61,870 nt of DNA, taken from positions 1-61,870 of IMG/VR virus record IMGVR_UViG_3300018411_000001. One strand, written 5' to 3'. The stretch is from a virus (Duplodnaviria; Caudoviricetes). Position 1 is the first letter of the stretch. Each line of letters begins with the position of its first letter. Below the pieces are notes generated by a model that had not been told where the DNA came from, searched no databases, and saw nothing but the letters and a program-made list of their open reading frames with translations. The position numbers were made by a program, and so were the translations under genes. Below, one piece after another: positions 1 through 9,500 of this stretch.

Positions 1-123
1 CCGAGCGTGAACGTGGTGAGGGTTGAATGCAAACCCTCACCTATCACAGCCACCAGCCACCAGCGCATTCCGATTAACCACATTGAAAAGGTTACAGAAA
101 TTTGAAGCAAAAAGGATGATCCA
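1..123. repeat. Terminal direct repeat, left copy (probably circular-assembly overlap)
   Basis: Bases 1-123 are identical to 61748-61870. Confidence 0.95.
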
Positions 124-357
124 TAATCACCCAACCGCCTGATTTGCGGTCATGCTGGTTCACGGTCAATACCGCTGATTACCAGTTAGATTTCAACAAC
201 ATAGCGACCTGGAAGCGAATTTACTTTCAAGTCAATTGGTTATGGGGTCTGGCGCAAAACCTGCACCAGCAACAGCACCGCTAACACCCCTAAACCGCCA
301 CCAACAATCGCCCCACTCCGAGCAGGATGCACAGAAAGGAGGGCGGAGGGAAACGAG

Positions 358-1587
358 ATGAAGACCCATAACGTCGTCAGCACATCTGGCGGTAAAGACT
401 CCACTGCCACCCTACTGCTGGCAATCGAGCGAGGCGCTGAGAATCTGCAGGCCGTGTTCGCGGACACCGGACATGAACACCCGGAGGTCTACAAATATTT
501 GGATTACCTGGAGCAAAAACTAGGGCTGTCGATCAGGAGAGTTAAACCAGATTTCTCCGCGCAAATTGAGGCAAAGCGAGCCGCCGTAAAATCAAAGTGG
601 GCGCTTGAACTGCCAAAGCGGTTCATGGCTGACAATCCAGGGCGGTGGATGCTGAAGAGCAACTACGCCAGACTCGAAGGCGCAGACGAGGATGGCATTA
701 TACTGAGCCTTCGCTGCCCTGACGGCAGTGTTAGCGAATGGCCTGGAGACCCTGCAGAGCCGGCAGACGTCTACTCACCTACTGAGAGCGGGCCATTCAG
801 ATGGGTTCCCGCTGTTCGAGGCGTGAGTCAGGATGCGGCTGAGCAGCGGGCTGGCGTTATCATAGAACGATCCCTGTCTGTGCTGGTGCCTACCGGCAAC
901 CCGTTCCTAGACCTTTGCCTGTGGAAAGGGCGGTTCCCAAGCACGCGGGCCCGCTTCTGCACCGAGGAGCTGAAACGCAATCCCATAATCGAGCAGGTAA
1001 TGATGCCGCTGCTTGATGACCCGGAGACCGACGAGGTTTGGAGTTGGCAGGGAGTGCGCGCCGATGAATCCGCCTCCCGGGCCAGGCTGCCAGAGATGGA
1101 CGAGGTTGGTGATGGCCTCATCAACTACCGACCAATTCTCACCTGGACAGCTCAGGATGTGTTCGACTTCCACCGCAAGCATGGGGTGAAGTGGAACCCA
1201 CTATATGAGATGGGAATGGGCAGGGTCGGCTGCATGCCGTGCATTAACACCAGGAAGGATGAACTTAGGGAGATTGCGCAGCGCTTCCCGGAGGAGATAA
1301 AGCGGGTTGCCGAGTGGGAGAGGCTGGTCAGCATGGCCAGCAAGGGAGATGGTGGAGCGAATCTCTTTCACATGGATATGGTTCCAGGTTCTGACAAGTA
1401 TAACCCAGTCGCTCAGTTCAATTTCGGCATCGAGGATGTGGTGCAATGGTCGATGACCGGGCGAGGCGGCCGCGTCTATGACATGCTTTTTGCTATGGGA
1501 CCAGATGTAGGCTGCTCCAGCGCCTACGGCCTCTGCGACTCGCCGGTGGTCGATAACGGCCAGGTAATCATCCAGACCAAGGTATGA
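358..1587 (+). CDS. Phosphoadenosine phosphosulfate (PAPS) reductase family protein
   Basis: PP-loop SGGKDS, FADTGHE, GVRADES, RVGCMPC motifs; GGAGG SD. Confidence 0.9.
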   Translation: MKTHNVVSTSGGKDSTATLLLAIERGAENLQAVFADTGHEHPEVYKYLDYLEQKLGLSIRRVKPDFSAQIEAKRAAVKSKWALELPKRFMADNPGRWMLKSNYARLEGADEDGIILSLRCPDGSVSEWPGDPAEPADVYSPTESGPFRWVPAVRGVSQDAAEQRAGVIIERSLSVLVPTGNPFLDLCLWKGRFPSTRARFCTEELKRNPIIEQVMMPLLDDPETDEVWSWQGVRADESASRARLPEMDEVGDGLINYRPILTWTAQDVFDFHRKHGVKWNPLYEMGMGRVGCMPCINTRKDELREIAQRFPEEIKRVAEWERLVSMASKGDGGANLFHMDMVPGSDKYNPVAQFNFGIEDVVQWSMTGRGGRVYDMLFAMGPDVGCSSAYGLCDSPVVDNGQVIIQTKV

Positions 1588-1790
1588 CAACCAAAGACAC
1601 TGGCAATAGGGAGGCTGTAGCGGCCTCCCGTTCAGACCCGGGCCGCGTGGTCACCGGCATGGCGAAGTGGGAGATCCACTTTACCGATGGCAACACATGC
1701 ACCATGCTTTCAGATCAGTGCAGCAACACTCAGGAAGCCATGCAGGCCGCCATTGAGAGGTTCGGACCAAGAGTCAAAGCGGTGAGGTAG
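1584..1790 (+). CDS. Hypothetical protein
   Basis: ATGA overlap with the upstream gene. Confidence 0.6.
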   Translation: MTTKDTGNREAVAASRSDPGRVVTGMAKWEIHFTDGNTCTMLSDQCSNTQEAMQAAIERFGPRVKAVR

Positions 1791-1923
1791 CCGCAGAATA
1801 ACCGATCTTAATCAGCCACTTGCCTGGGCGTCATCGCGCCTTGACTGGTGGCTGTATCCGATCAATAACCAAAAACGCAACAGGTGATCCAACCTGACAA
1901 CAGTAACCAGCGAGGAATGCTGA

Positions 1924-3177
1924 ATGCCTGCACTCACAGATGGCCAAATCAAACGCGCGATGAAGCGGGTGGCCGCCAGCAAAAAGCCCGAAACACTCAC
2001 AGACGGCGAAGGGCGCGGCACCGGCCGTTTGGTGCTGATCCTCAAGCCGCAGCCCACCCGGGTTACCAGCTCCTTCTTTGCCCAGCAGTGGAGCGATGGT
2101 AAGCGCAAGCTCAAGAAGATCGGCGACTACCCCCACATGACCCTGGCAGAAGCACGCGCCGTGTTCGAGCGCGACTTTGCCGCAGCCATCAACAAGGGAT
2201 CCTCCATCAAGGTGCAGGGCGACACCCGCCCCGGTACCGTGGGCGATCTGTTCGAGGCGTACTGCGATGCGCTGGAGGAGGCAGGCAAGAGCAGCCACAA
2301 GGAGGCGCGCAAGGGCTTGGCCAAGATCGCTGATGTGCTGGGGCGTAACCGGCTGGCCCGCGATATCACCCCGGAGGAGGTGCTGGGCGTCATCCGGCCG
2401 ATCTGGGACAGGGGCAAGAAGTCGATGGCGGATCACGTCCGGTCCTACATTCGCAGTGCCTACTCCTGGGGGCTCAAGTCAGAGCTTGATTACCGGTCCA
2501 CCAGCCCGCGTCGGTTCAAGCTGCACAGCAACCCGGCAGCGGACATCCCGACCGAGCCGAAGACCGTTGGCGAGCGCTGGCTGCGCGAGGAGGAGTGGGT
2601 GCAGATGTGGCGGTGGCTTCAAAACCCAGATGTACCGATCCATCCAGCATACCCACGAGCCATCATGCTGCTTATGCTCACAGGTCAAAGGGTTCAGGAG
2701 ATTTGCACTCTGCACAAGGACCAGTACCTGAAAGAGGAGGGAATGCTGGACTGGTCGAAGACGAAAAACGGCAAGCCGCACTCCATCCCCCTGCCCGCCA
2801 TGGCCATCGAACTGCTGGACAGCCTCACCCCCAACGAGCACGGCTGGTACTTCCCTGGTAGCAAGGACCCTTCGCAGTCGGTGCAGCACACCACCCTCTA
2901 TTCGTTCCTCTGGCGGCAGCGGGACCGGGGCGTGGTGCCAGCAGTATCGAACCGGGACATGCGCCGCACTTGGAAGACGCTCGCAGGCAAGGCGGGGCTG
3001 ACGAAGGAGATCCGCGACCGACTGCAGAACCATACCCTGCAGGATGTGTCGAGCAAGAGTTATGACCGCTACAGCTACATCAACGAGAAGCGGGAAGCGA
3101 TGGAGATCTGGGATCGGTTCGTGAGGGACATGATAAAGTTGAAGACACCACCGCGACTGACCGTCGTGGCCGCATAA
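1924..3177 (+). CDS. int: Tyrosine integrase with N-terminal arm-binding domain
   Basis: Arm domain (LTDGEG, KIGDYP..TLAEAR); catalytic TGQR, KTKNG, RDMRRT, LQNH, YDRY. Confidence 0.93.
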   Translation: MPALTDGQIKRAMKRVAASKKPETLTDGEGRGTGRLVLILKPQPTRVTSSFFAQQWSDGKRKLKKIGDYPHMTLAEARAVFERDFAAAINKGSSIKVQGDTRPGTVGDLFEAYCDALEEAGKSSHKEARKGLAKIADVLGRNRLARDITPEEVLGVIRPIWDRGKKSMADHVRSYIRSAYSWGLKSELDYRSTSPRRFKLHSNPAADIPTEPKTVGERWLREEEWVQMWRWLQNPDVPIHPAYPRAIMLLMLTGQRVQEICTLHKDQYLKEEGMLDWSKTKNGKPHSIPLPAMAIELLDSLTPNEHGWYFPGSKDPSQSVQHTTLYSFLWRQRDRGVVPAVSNRDMRRTWKTLAGKAGLTKEIRDRLQNHTLQDVSSKSYDRYSYINEKREAMEIWDRFVRDMIKLKTPPRLTVVAA

Positions 3178-3197
3178 ACCACCAAAATAAGGAACGT

Positions 3198-3476
3198 ATG
3201 AAAATCTACATTGCTGGGCCAATGACTGGGTTGGAAAACTTCAACCGCGATGAGTTCAATAAGATGGCTGAACATATTCGCGGGAACGGTGATGTTGCAC
3301 TAAACCCTGCAATACTGCCAGATGGGCTTTCACAGCACGAGTACATGGATATCTGCATGGCGATGATCAGGGCCGCTGATAGCATCATGCTGCTGAGAGG
3401 GTGGCAGCATTCGCCGGGGGCCAGGGCAGAACACGCCCTTGCTGAAAAGCTGGAGTTGGCGATCTTCACCCAATAA
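3198..3476 (+). CDS. DUF4406-family protein (nucleoside deoxyribosyltransferase-like fold)
   Basis: KIYIAGPMTG...LNPA...LRGWQHSPGARAEH signature. Confidence 0.85.
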   Translation: MKIYIAGPMTGLENFNRDEFNKMAEHIRGNGDVALNPAILPDGLSQHEYMDICMAMIRAADSIMLLRGWQHSPGARAEHALAEKLELAIFTQ

Positions 3477-3505
3477 AAAAAAGCCCCGGTACCGACACCG
3501 GGGCT
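3475..3505 (-). terminator. Intrinsic terminator for the lysis cassette
   Basis: AGCCCCGGT/ACCGGGGCT stem followed by a U-run on the minus strand. Confidence 0.85.
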
Positions 3506-3544
3506 CTCAACTACGGATATGCGAGATGAAGCAAAGTCACTATA

Positions 3545-4102
3545 TCAGCGCTTGCACTGCTTCACCACTTTTTCTACGTAGTCTTGCAGGGCTGATAGCT
3601 GCGCCTCCTTGCGGATTATTCCTGCCCTGAGATCGAAAACAGCGCGTCCAGCCTCTGGACTAAGCTCGGCGTCCGCTCCATCACCCATGCAGGCGGTGGC
3701 GCTATCTCCGCCTGTGGCGTTCCCACCACTATGGGCAAGCTTGGCGCCGAGGATGCGCAGCCGGCGATTGCCAGAGGCAACATCACGGCTGAGAGTTTCG
3801 TTTTCCATTTCTGCATCTGCAAGTTTCCTCTGGGTTTCGGCATCGAGGCGCGCCAGGTCTTCCTGAGCTGCCTTCATGCGGGCGATGGCTTGTTCGGTGT
3901 CCTGCTGGGCCTTGGTAGTGACGGCCAGCTTCTCCTTGAGCCACCCTTCACGCTCCCTGCCCTGCTCCTCTTTCAAGGTGGCAATGTCTGCCTCGTAGGC
4001 GGTCTTGGTTATCCACCAGGCAGCACCTGCTCCGGCACCGGCCACGAGGGCCACCAGCACCAGGGCGGCGATAGCTTTGAGCTTCCACGACAGCGCATTC
4101 AT
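3545..4102 (-). CDS. Inner-membrane spanin (Rz-like)
   Basis: N-terminal TM helix, coiled coil, C-terminal Cys; last gene of the lysis cassette. Confidence 0.88.
   Translation of the reverse strand: MNALSWKLKAIAALVLVALVAGAGAGAAWWITKTAYEADIATLKEEQGREREGWLKEKLAVTTKAQQDTEQAIARMKAAQEDLARLDAETQRKLADAEMENETLSRDVASGNRRLRILGAKLAHSGGNATGGDSATACMGDGADAELSPEAGRAVFDLRAGIIRKEAQLSALQDYVEKVVKQCKR
3616..3816 (-). CDS. Outer-membrane spanin lipoprotein (Rz1-like), embedded in the i-spanin gene
   Basis: Lipobox IAGC after a basic/hydrophobic leader; Pro-rich (APPPAW); alternative frame inside Rz. Confidence 0.85.
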   Translation of the reverse strand: MQKWKTKLSAVMLPLAIAGCASSAPSLPIVVGTPQAEIAPPPAWVMERTPSLVQRLDALFSISGQE

Positions 4103-4353
4103 GGTCGCGGCCCCCTGAAATGGTCGTTGTAAATCTTCATGATGAAATGCCGCAGCCCTATGAGGGCCACGGCGGTGATGATCATCTGATTTGCTGCAAG
4201 GTAGGTCTGCTGGTGTGCCGCAAAGAACGCCGCGAATGCGGCGATTGCGATTGCTGAATAGAGGGTGCGCCCGACCACGCCATCGTTAACCCGGTCACTC
4301 CAGATGCACCAGGCGGCCCAGCCGAACAACACGGCGTACACGACTGTGATCAT
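4099..4353 (-). CDS. Small 3-TM lysis protein (holin/antiholin)
   Basis: Three hydrophobic segments; overlaps both neighbours by 4 nt. Confidence 0.7.
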   Translation of the reverse strand: MITVVYAVLFGWAAWCIWSDRVNDGVVGRTLYSAIAIAAFAAFFAAHQQTYLAANQMIITAVALIGLRHFIMKIYNDHFRGPRP

Positions 4354-4670
4354 TCTGTACCTCCCCCGAACCGTGCGCGGATGAGCGCCCAGAGGTCGGC
4401 TGCTTCAATTGCCTTGAGGACTGCAGCGATGATAGCGCCGCCAAAGGCTCCGAGCAGGAAGCCAATCCCCCCAGATGACTCAGGATCGATGCTCAGGTAC
4501 ACGCACACCGGCTTTGCCAGGAACTGCGCAGTGATGACGCCAGACATGACAAAAGCCATGACCGAGCGTGCCCCCTTGAGATCCCGCTGAAAAGGCAGCG
4601 CCACCAGGGATCCGAAGAACCCGGCGATTGCCCATTGCAGACTGAAATAAAGCTTTTCAAGCCACTCCAT
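4350..4670 (-). CDS. Holin
   Basis: Three TM segments; directly after the endolysin. Confidence 0.75.
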   Translation of the reverse strand: MEWLEKLYFSLQWAIAGFFGSLVALPFQRDLKGARSVMAFVMSGVITAQFLAKPVCVYLSIDPESSGGIGFLLGAFGGAIIAAVLKAIEAADLWALIRARFGGGTE

Positions 4671-5260
4671 CAGGCACCCCCGAACTGTTTGTAAGCGGCG
4701 GCCAGCTTGGTGTCGTATCTGTTGGTAGCGTAGCCAGGCCCGTTGTAGATGCGGGCGAAGGTGGCCCAGTCACCAGCGCGCAGTGCCTTCACCAGTCGGG
4801 GATCCGCCAGGATGAACCGCACAAAGGTTTCGAGCTGTCCACCAGCCGTGTACTGGTCATTGATGAAGCCCTGCATGGTAGTGTACTGCAGCGTCTTCCA
4901 GTGGTAGCCCATGATCTGAAATGCACCCCAGCTCGCAGACTCCAGCGCGCTGGTGCGGTCGATGAGTTCGGCCGCCCGGTTCATGTCCTTGTCTTCTTTG
5001 TCGAGCGACTGGTAACTGCCTGCCTTCTTCGCCACCAGATCGGGATGAGCCACCAGCTCCTTGTCAGCGCGAGCGCGGTTGAAGTTGCTCGCCAGCTGGC
5101 GGTACATCACATGGGGCTCGTACTGGACCTTGACGCGACCATCAGGAAGGAAGCCACCGCCGTTGCTCTCGACGGTGGCCACCGCCTTGACAGCCGGCAC
5201 GCTCACCCCCAGCCGCTTGGCAGCATCCTGGAAGTCGGTTTCGAGTAACGCACTTTTCAT
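4670..5260 (-). CDS. Endolysin, N-acetylmuramidase (DUF3380 type)
   Basis: AVATVES..G, YEPH, SWGAFQIMG, FARIYNG motifs. Confidence 0.92.
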   Translation of the reverse strand: MKSALLETDFQDAAKRLGVSVPAVKAVATVESNGGGFLPDGRVKVQYEPHVMYRQLASNFNRARADKELVAHPDLVAKKAGSYQSLDKEDKDMNRAAELIDRTSALESASWGAFQIMGYHWKTLQYTTMQGFINDQYTAGGQLETFVRFILADPRLVKALRAGDWATFARIYNGPGYATNRYDTKLAAAYKQFGGA

Positions 5261-5300
5261 TGCATGCTCACCTTGTGGTTTGAGCACACGTCATGCGCGC
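5255..5300 (-). promoter_or_regulatory. Endolysin leader hairpin occluding the RBS, carrying GCGCATGACGTG
   Basis: GTGTGCTCA pairs with TGAGCATGC immediately before the ATG; 12-mer at 5287-5298. Confidence 0.65.
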
Positions 5301-5343
5301 TGATTTGAATGGGGTTCGGCTGGGCTGTGCCAGCAATGCGTTA

Positions 5344-5372
5344 ACGATATAGCTCCGGCGTTGTTGTTTCAA
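5344..5372 (-). promoter_or_regulatory. Sigma70-like promoter for the lysis cassette
   Basis: TTGAAA-17 nt-TATCGT just after a terminator. Confidence 0.6.
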
Positions 5373-5381
5373 CAACAGAGC

Positions 5382-5410
5382 AAAAAGAAACCCGGCACAG
5401 TGGCCGGGCT
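5382..5410 (-). terminator. Intrinsic terminator
   Basis: CCCGGC/GCCGGG stem followed by TTTCTTTTT on the minus strand. Confidence 0.8.
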
Positions 5411-5428
5411 CCATATTGCATCTTGACG

Positions 5429-5734
5429 CTAATCAAACCGGCTGGCGTGGTGCTCTTGGATATACCTGTTGGCCACATCCGCACGCCTTGCCTCGATTTC
5501 CTCAGTTGTCCACAACTCAAAGAACCGCCTGGCCCGCCGTAGCAATGACCTGTATTTCGCGTCCAGCTTAGAGTGCTCATCCTGCAGGTGCTTAATCGCC
5601 TGTACCGGGTCGGTCAGGTCATAGCCGGTGCCGTGGCACAGGTAGCACTCAAACTTCGCTCCATGCAGCAACCCAGGCACAGTGCCAATGCCATCGCAGT
5701 TCGCGCAGGCTGGAGGATTGGCACCGCTGCTCAC
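5429..5734 (-). CDS. Zinc-finger protein (DnaJ-like CxxCxGxG repeats)
   Basis: CANCDGIG and CYLCHGTG motifs. Confidence 0.75.
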   Translation of the reverse strand: MSSGANPPACANCDGIGTVPGLLHGAKFECYLCHGTGYDLTDPVQAIKHLQDEHSKLDAKYRSLLRRARRFFELWTTEEIEARRADVANRYIQEHHASRFD

Positions 5735-6171
5735 CGGCTGTGATTGTCCTGGCGCGGCTCGCCGTTCAGGTCAGCCAGCGCATCAGCATCGGTAAGCACC
5801 TTGACGGAAGGCTCTGCACCAAGGACATGCAGCAGCATGGCTTCGGCCTGCTCGTAATTCAGCAGATTGGTGCCAACAGGCCACAACATGTCCCTGCTCG
5901 GGCGGGTGAAGGAAATTCCGGCATCAGGCTGAAAGTCGCTCGGCAACTTCCACCCAAGGAAGCGGCACACCATTTCAGGAGTGACCAACACATCTTCCTT
6001 GGGCGGCGTGGGCTCTGCTGGCGGGCTCGCAATATCAAGCTGCTCACGAGCAACTGCGGCGAGTCGTTCGCCTAGATTGTGCATGAAGCTGCCGTGACCG
6101 GACATGGACATGACTTCTGCAGCAGCGTGGGACAGGGAGATTGCAGCGCCTATGCTATCTTGTTGGTTCAT
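5731..6171 (-). CDS. Hypothetical protein
   Basis: Strong SD GAGGAAAGG; overlaps the next gene. Confidence 0.75.
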   Translation of the reverse strand: MNQQDSIGAAISLSHAAAEVMSMSGHGSFMHNLGERLAAVAREQLDIASPPAEPTPPKEDVLVTPEMVCRFLGWKLPSDFQPDAGISFTRPSRDMLWPVGTNLLNYEQAEAMLLHVLGAEPSVKVLTDADALADLNGEPRQDNHSR

Positions 6172-6210
6172 ACCTTTCCTCGGTAGCCAGCAGGTGCTGG
6201 CAGTAGTTGA

Positions 6211-6513
6211 TTAAACGCCAGCTGGCTGCGCTACTGCGCGCACGAGGGCCATGATGCCGGTCTGAATGTCAGTCTTTCCGATGCTTGCCCAGCGCAGCGG
6301 TTCCGCACTCATGAAGCGATCAAACTCGGCGTAATCCAAGGTATTGGAAGCGGCATTGCTGCTCTTCTCGTCAGCCTGCCCGCGCAGCATGTTATCTAGC
6401 TCATGTTGCAACTCCAGCAGTTCAGCGCCCTTGGCCTTAATGCGATTCATCAGGTCAATCTCTTCCTGGCTCAGTTCACGATAGCCAGCAATCTTGCGAT
6501 GTTGATTCTCCAC
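6211..6513 (-). CDS. acb2: Anti-CBASS protein Acb2 (cyclic oligonucleotide sponge)
   Basis: NQHRKIAGYRELSQEEIDLMN and EPLRWASIGKTDIQTGIMALVRAVAQP match the Acb2/T4 Vs.4 signature. Confidence 0.9.
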   Translation of the reverse strand: MENQHRKIAGYRELSQEEIDLMNRIKAKGAELLELQHELDNMLRGQADEKSSNAASNTLDYAEFDRFMSAEPLRWASIGKTDIQTGIMALVRAVAQPAGV

Positions 6514-6584
6514 TCTTCCTTTCCTCGGTAGTTGATGGATGGGCGCGGGACCGTGCCCGCACCCATATTACGCTTGTGAGCCCA

Positions 6585-9500
6585 TTAACGGTAGATCGTG
6601 GGCGCCTGTTCTTCCAGTATCCGATCCCGGAGTTTGCGGTTGTAGCGCATGCCGCCCGTTGCGTTCTCTGCGTTGTCCTCTCGGGTCTTGGCAGAGCGGC
6701 GCAGGGTTTTCGGCGTGATTTCCTGCTCGGGGTACTTGTCGTTGTAGGCGTCGATATCAGCCTCCAGGCTGTCCAGCTTGGCCTCGTCTCCCGCTTCCTC
6801 TGCCTTCCACCAGGAGTCCATCAGCGCCTGACGCTTGCGAACGATGGTCTGTTGCAGGTTGTAGCCGGCGTTGTTGATGTCGTACTGCTCGGCGATCTTC
6901 GCAGGGACAAAACCCAAGGCCTGACGGATGATGTCGAGGGTATCGATATCCTCCACGATGACATCCCCGCGCTTGTTGGTGGCGCCCTCGGTGGAGTAGC
7001 GGAATGCCTTCATCGGGTCCTTGATGGCTTTCGGCATCATGGTTTCGATCCCGCGGTAGACCTGACCCTCTTTCAGCAGGCCATAGCCGCGCACGATGTT
7101 GTCAGCGATGGACGGCGCCGCACCCAACAGCTGGGCTTTCCAGTAGTCGGCCTCGTCCTTGCCTTCGAGCTGCGAGGACGGGGACCGGAACCACAGATCC
7201 CGCATGCCGATAGAGTCGGTCAGGGATGTGCCGGTGGCATAACCCGGCACGCCATCGAGGACGATCCCGGCCATCATCGGGCCAAGGGCCTCGACCATGT
7301 TCTTTTTCAGCTCCACTTCTGGATCCTTGTCGTCATCCATAAAGGCGCTGGCAATCATCAGCATGATGCCAAAGCCCCAGGTGCCGGTGATGCCGGCCGA
7401 CAGCATCATCATGCCGGTGATCCCCGCCAGCTGGATCTTGGCCTCCTTGCGCACCTCTGGCGTGTCGCCCTGGGTGGCCTGGTGGATGTCACGGAACAGG
7501 CGGTACAGCATGTTGATGGAGAAGTTACGGAACACCAGCAGTGCCTTCATGGTGTCGCTGTGCATGATGCGCGGGCGGGAGGTGTTCTGGTAATCGAAGT
7601 GGGTTTTCCACGTCAGATCCCCAGCCTTCTGCACGGCACCGACATGCGGCAAGCCCTTGGCCCTGGCCATGCGGTATGCAGCCAGGAAGGTTACCTCACG
7701 GTTCAGGCGCTCGGTGTGGTGGAAGCCCCACGCCAGCAGCGCCATTATCTTGGTGCGTGCCGGGCTGTACTCGACACCAGTCTCACCAATACCGGCCAAG
7801 TCGTGAGACTGGGTGCGGTCGATGATCCCTATGTCATAGGCCTCTGCCATCGCCTTGCGCTCGTCTGCAGTGAGGCGCTTGCTGTTCTCGGTCTTGCCCT
7901 TGCCCATGGTGAAGTCACCCAGGGCGCGGGTCAGCTGGTTTGCGGCACGGGTCACGCCATTGGCGCCGCCATCGTAGCCGGCCAGGATCGGGATCCCCAT
8001 GATGACGGTCTGCGTCAGGTTGACGATTGCCGCCTTGGGGGAGGCCGCCAGGGCGTAGATGAACGCTGCCTGGGTGATCTTCTGCACCAGTGGGCCACCG
8101 GTCGGGTTCATGATGAACTGGTGGCGTTTCTCCATCTCGTTCACTACCAGGCCGTCGCGCACGGAGTCCTTGCTGGTGTTCGCTTCTTCGCGGGTAGCGT
8201 CGAGCGCTTCCTCCATATCGAAGGAGTGAGCCAGGCGTGCCAGCTGGTGTGATCCGTGGAACATCTGGTTACCGAAGGCGCGCAGGGCGTCAGCGTTGAA
8301 GCCGGCGCGGCCGGTACGGTGGATGCGACCCTTACGGACGGAGAAATCAGGCAGGCTCTCAAGGTAGCGCTGCCACACCTCATCCTTGACGCTTTCAGCA
8401 TTCGGCAGGTCGGCCAGGATGTCCTCCACGTCAGCCACGAAGTTCGGATCCACTGCCTTACGCAGGGAGCCGGTATCGTCCAGGGTGCCCACCTGCACCT
8501 TGTAGTTCTTGTCCTTGCGCATCAGGTCGGCAAATTCTCGCTGTTCACTGGCCTTCTCGAACTTGCTGAACGATTCGACCTTGCCGGTCTGCGCATCACG
8601 CACAGTCACGAACAGGTTGCCGAAGCGCGCAAGCGGGAAGTAAGGCCCCTGCAGGCGGTTCAATTCGAACTGCTGGCGCAGCTGGGTCATGCGGGCCTTG
8701 CGGTTCCAGGCGGTCTTGGTCTTGGCCACACGCAGCTTGTGGTCTGCATCGTCCATCGCCTCGGTACGCTCTTCGCCGGTCAGGCCCTCGTCCTCGATGC
8801 GCTGCAGCTCGTAGCGGTGCTCACGCTCTGCCTTCTTGATACGGACGTTGATCGCCTTCTCCATGTTGGCGAGCAGAACCTTCTCGTAGCCATCGGCCAG
8901 TGAGGTGTATGCGTCACGCACCTCCTTGAAGATCTGGCGCGCTTGCGGGGACAGGCGCTCATATCGGGTGTTGAGGTTTTCCCATGCCTTCTGCTGTTGC
9001 TTGTCCTCGCTGATCTTCTTGAGCAGCTCCTTTTCCTTGTCACTACCCGGTGACGCAAAGCGCAGGGCCTCACGATCCCGGTTGGTGACGATGGATTCAT
9101 GATCCTCTGACGGGTCAACCTGCAAGAGCGTTGCCTCGTGCATGAGGTTCATCATCTCGACGTTCTCGTCCTTGTTGTCCTTGCGGTACTCCAGCCACTT
9201 CTGGGCCACCTCGTCAGTCTTTGCGTGCCAGCGGTTGCGCATGGCATCCATGGACTGCTTGAGGCGCAGGTACTCACTGGCGGCGGGCAGGTTGCGTGCC
9301 ATCTCCTGCACCAGTGGGCGGAACGGGATCAGGGCAAGGCCCTTCTGCATCGCGTCGGTGGTCAGGTCGGACGGGGCATTCTTGGCCTTGTCCCACCACT
9401 GGCGCAGGCGGCTTCTGTCCTGTTCATCGGTGGGGATCTCCGGTGCCGGGTCCATCCCGCTCGGGGAGGTCGGCATATCGGCATAATCGCCGCTCAGATC

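Noticed and set aside
240-467. Minus ORF with hydrophobic end as a replacement 3' end of a host target gene
   Set aside because: Mostly antisense to the PAPS gene and no recognisable host protein; cannot be supported without a search
6576-8252. 558-aa plus-strand ORF and similar long antisense ORFs (36196-37845, 9138-10235)
   Set aside because: Shadow frames of strongly GC3-biased real genes; no SD or motifs
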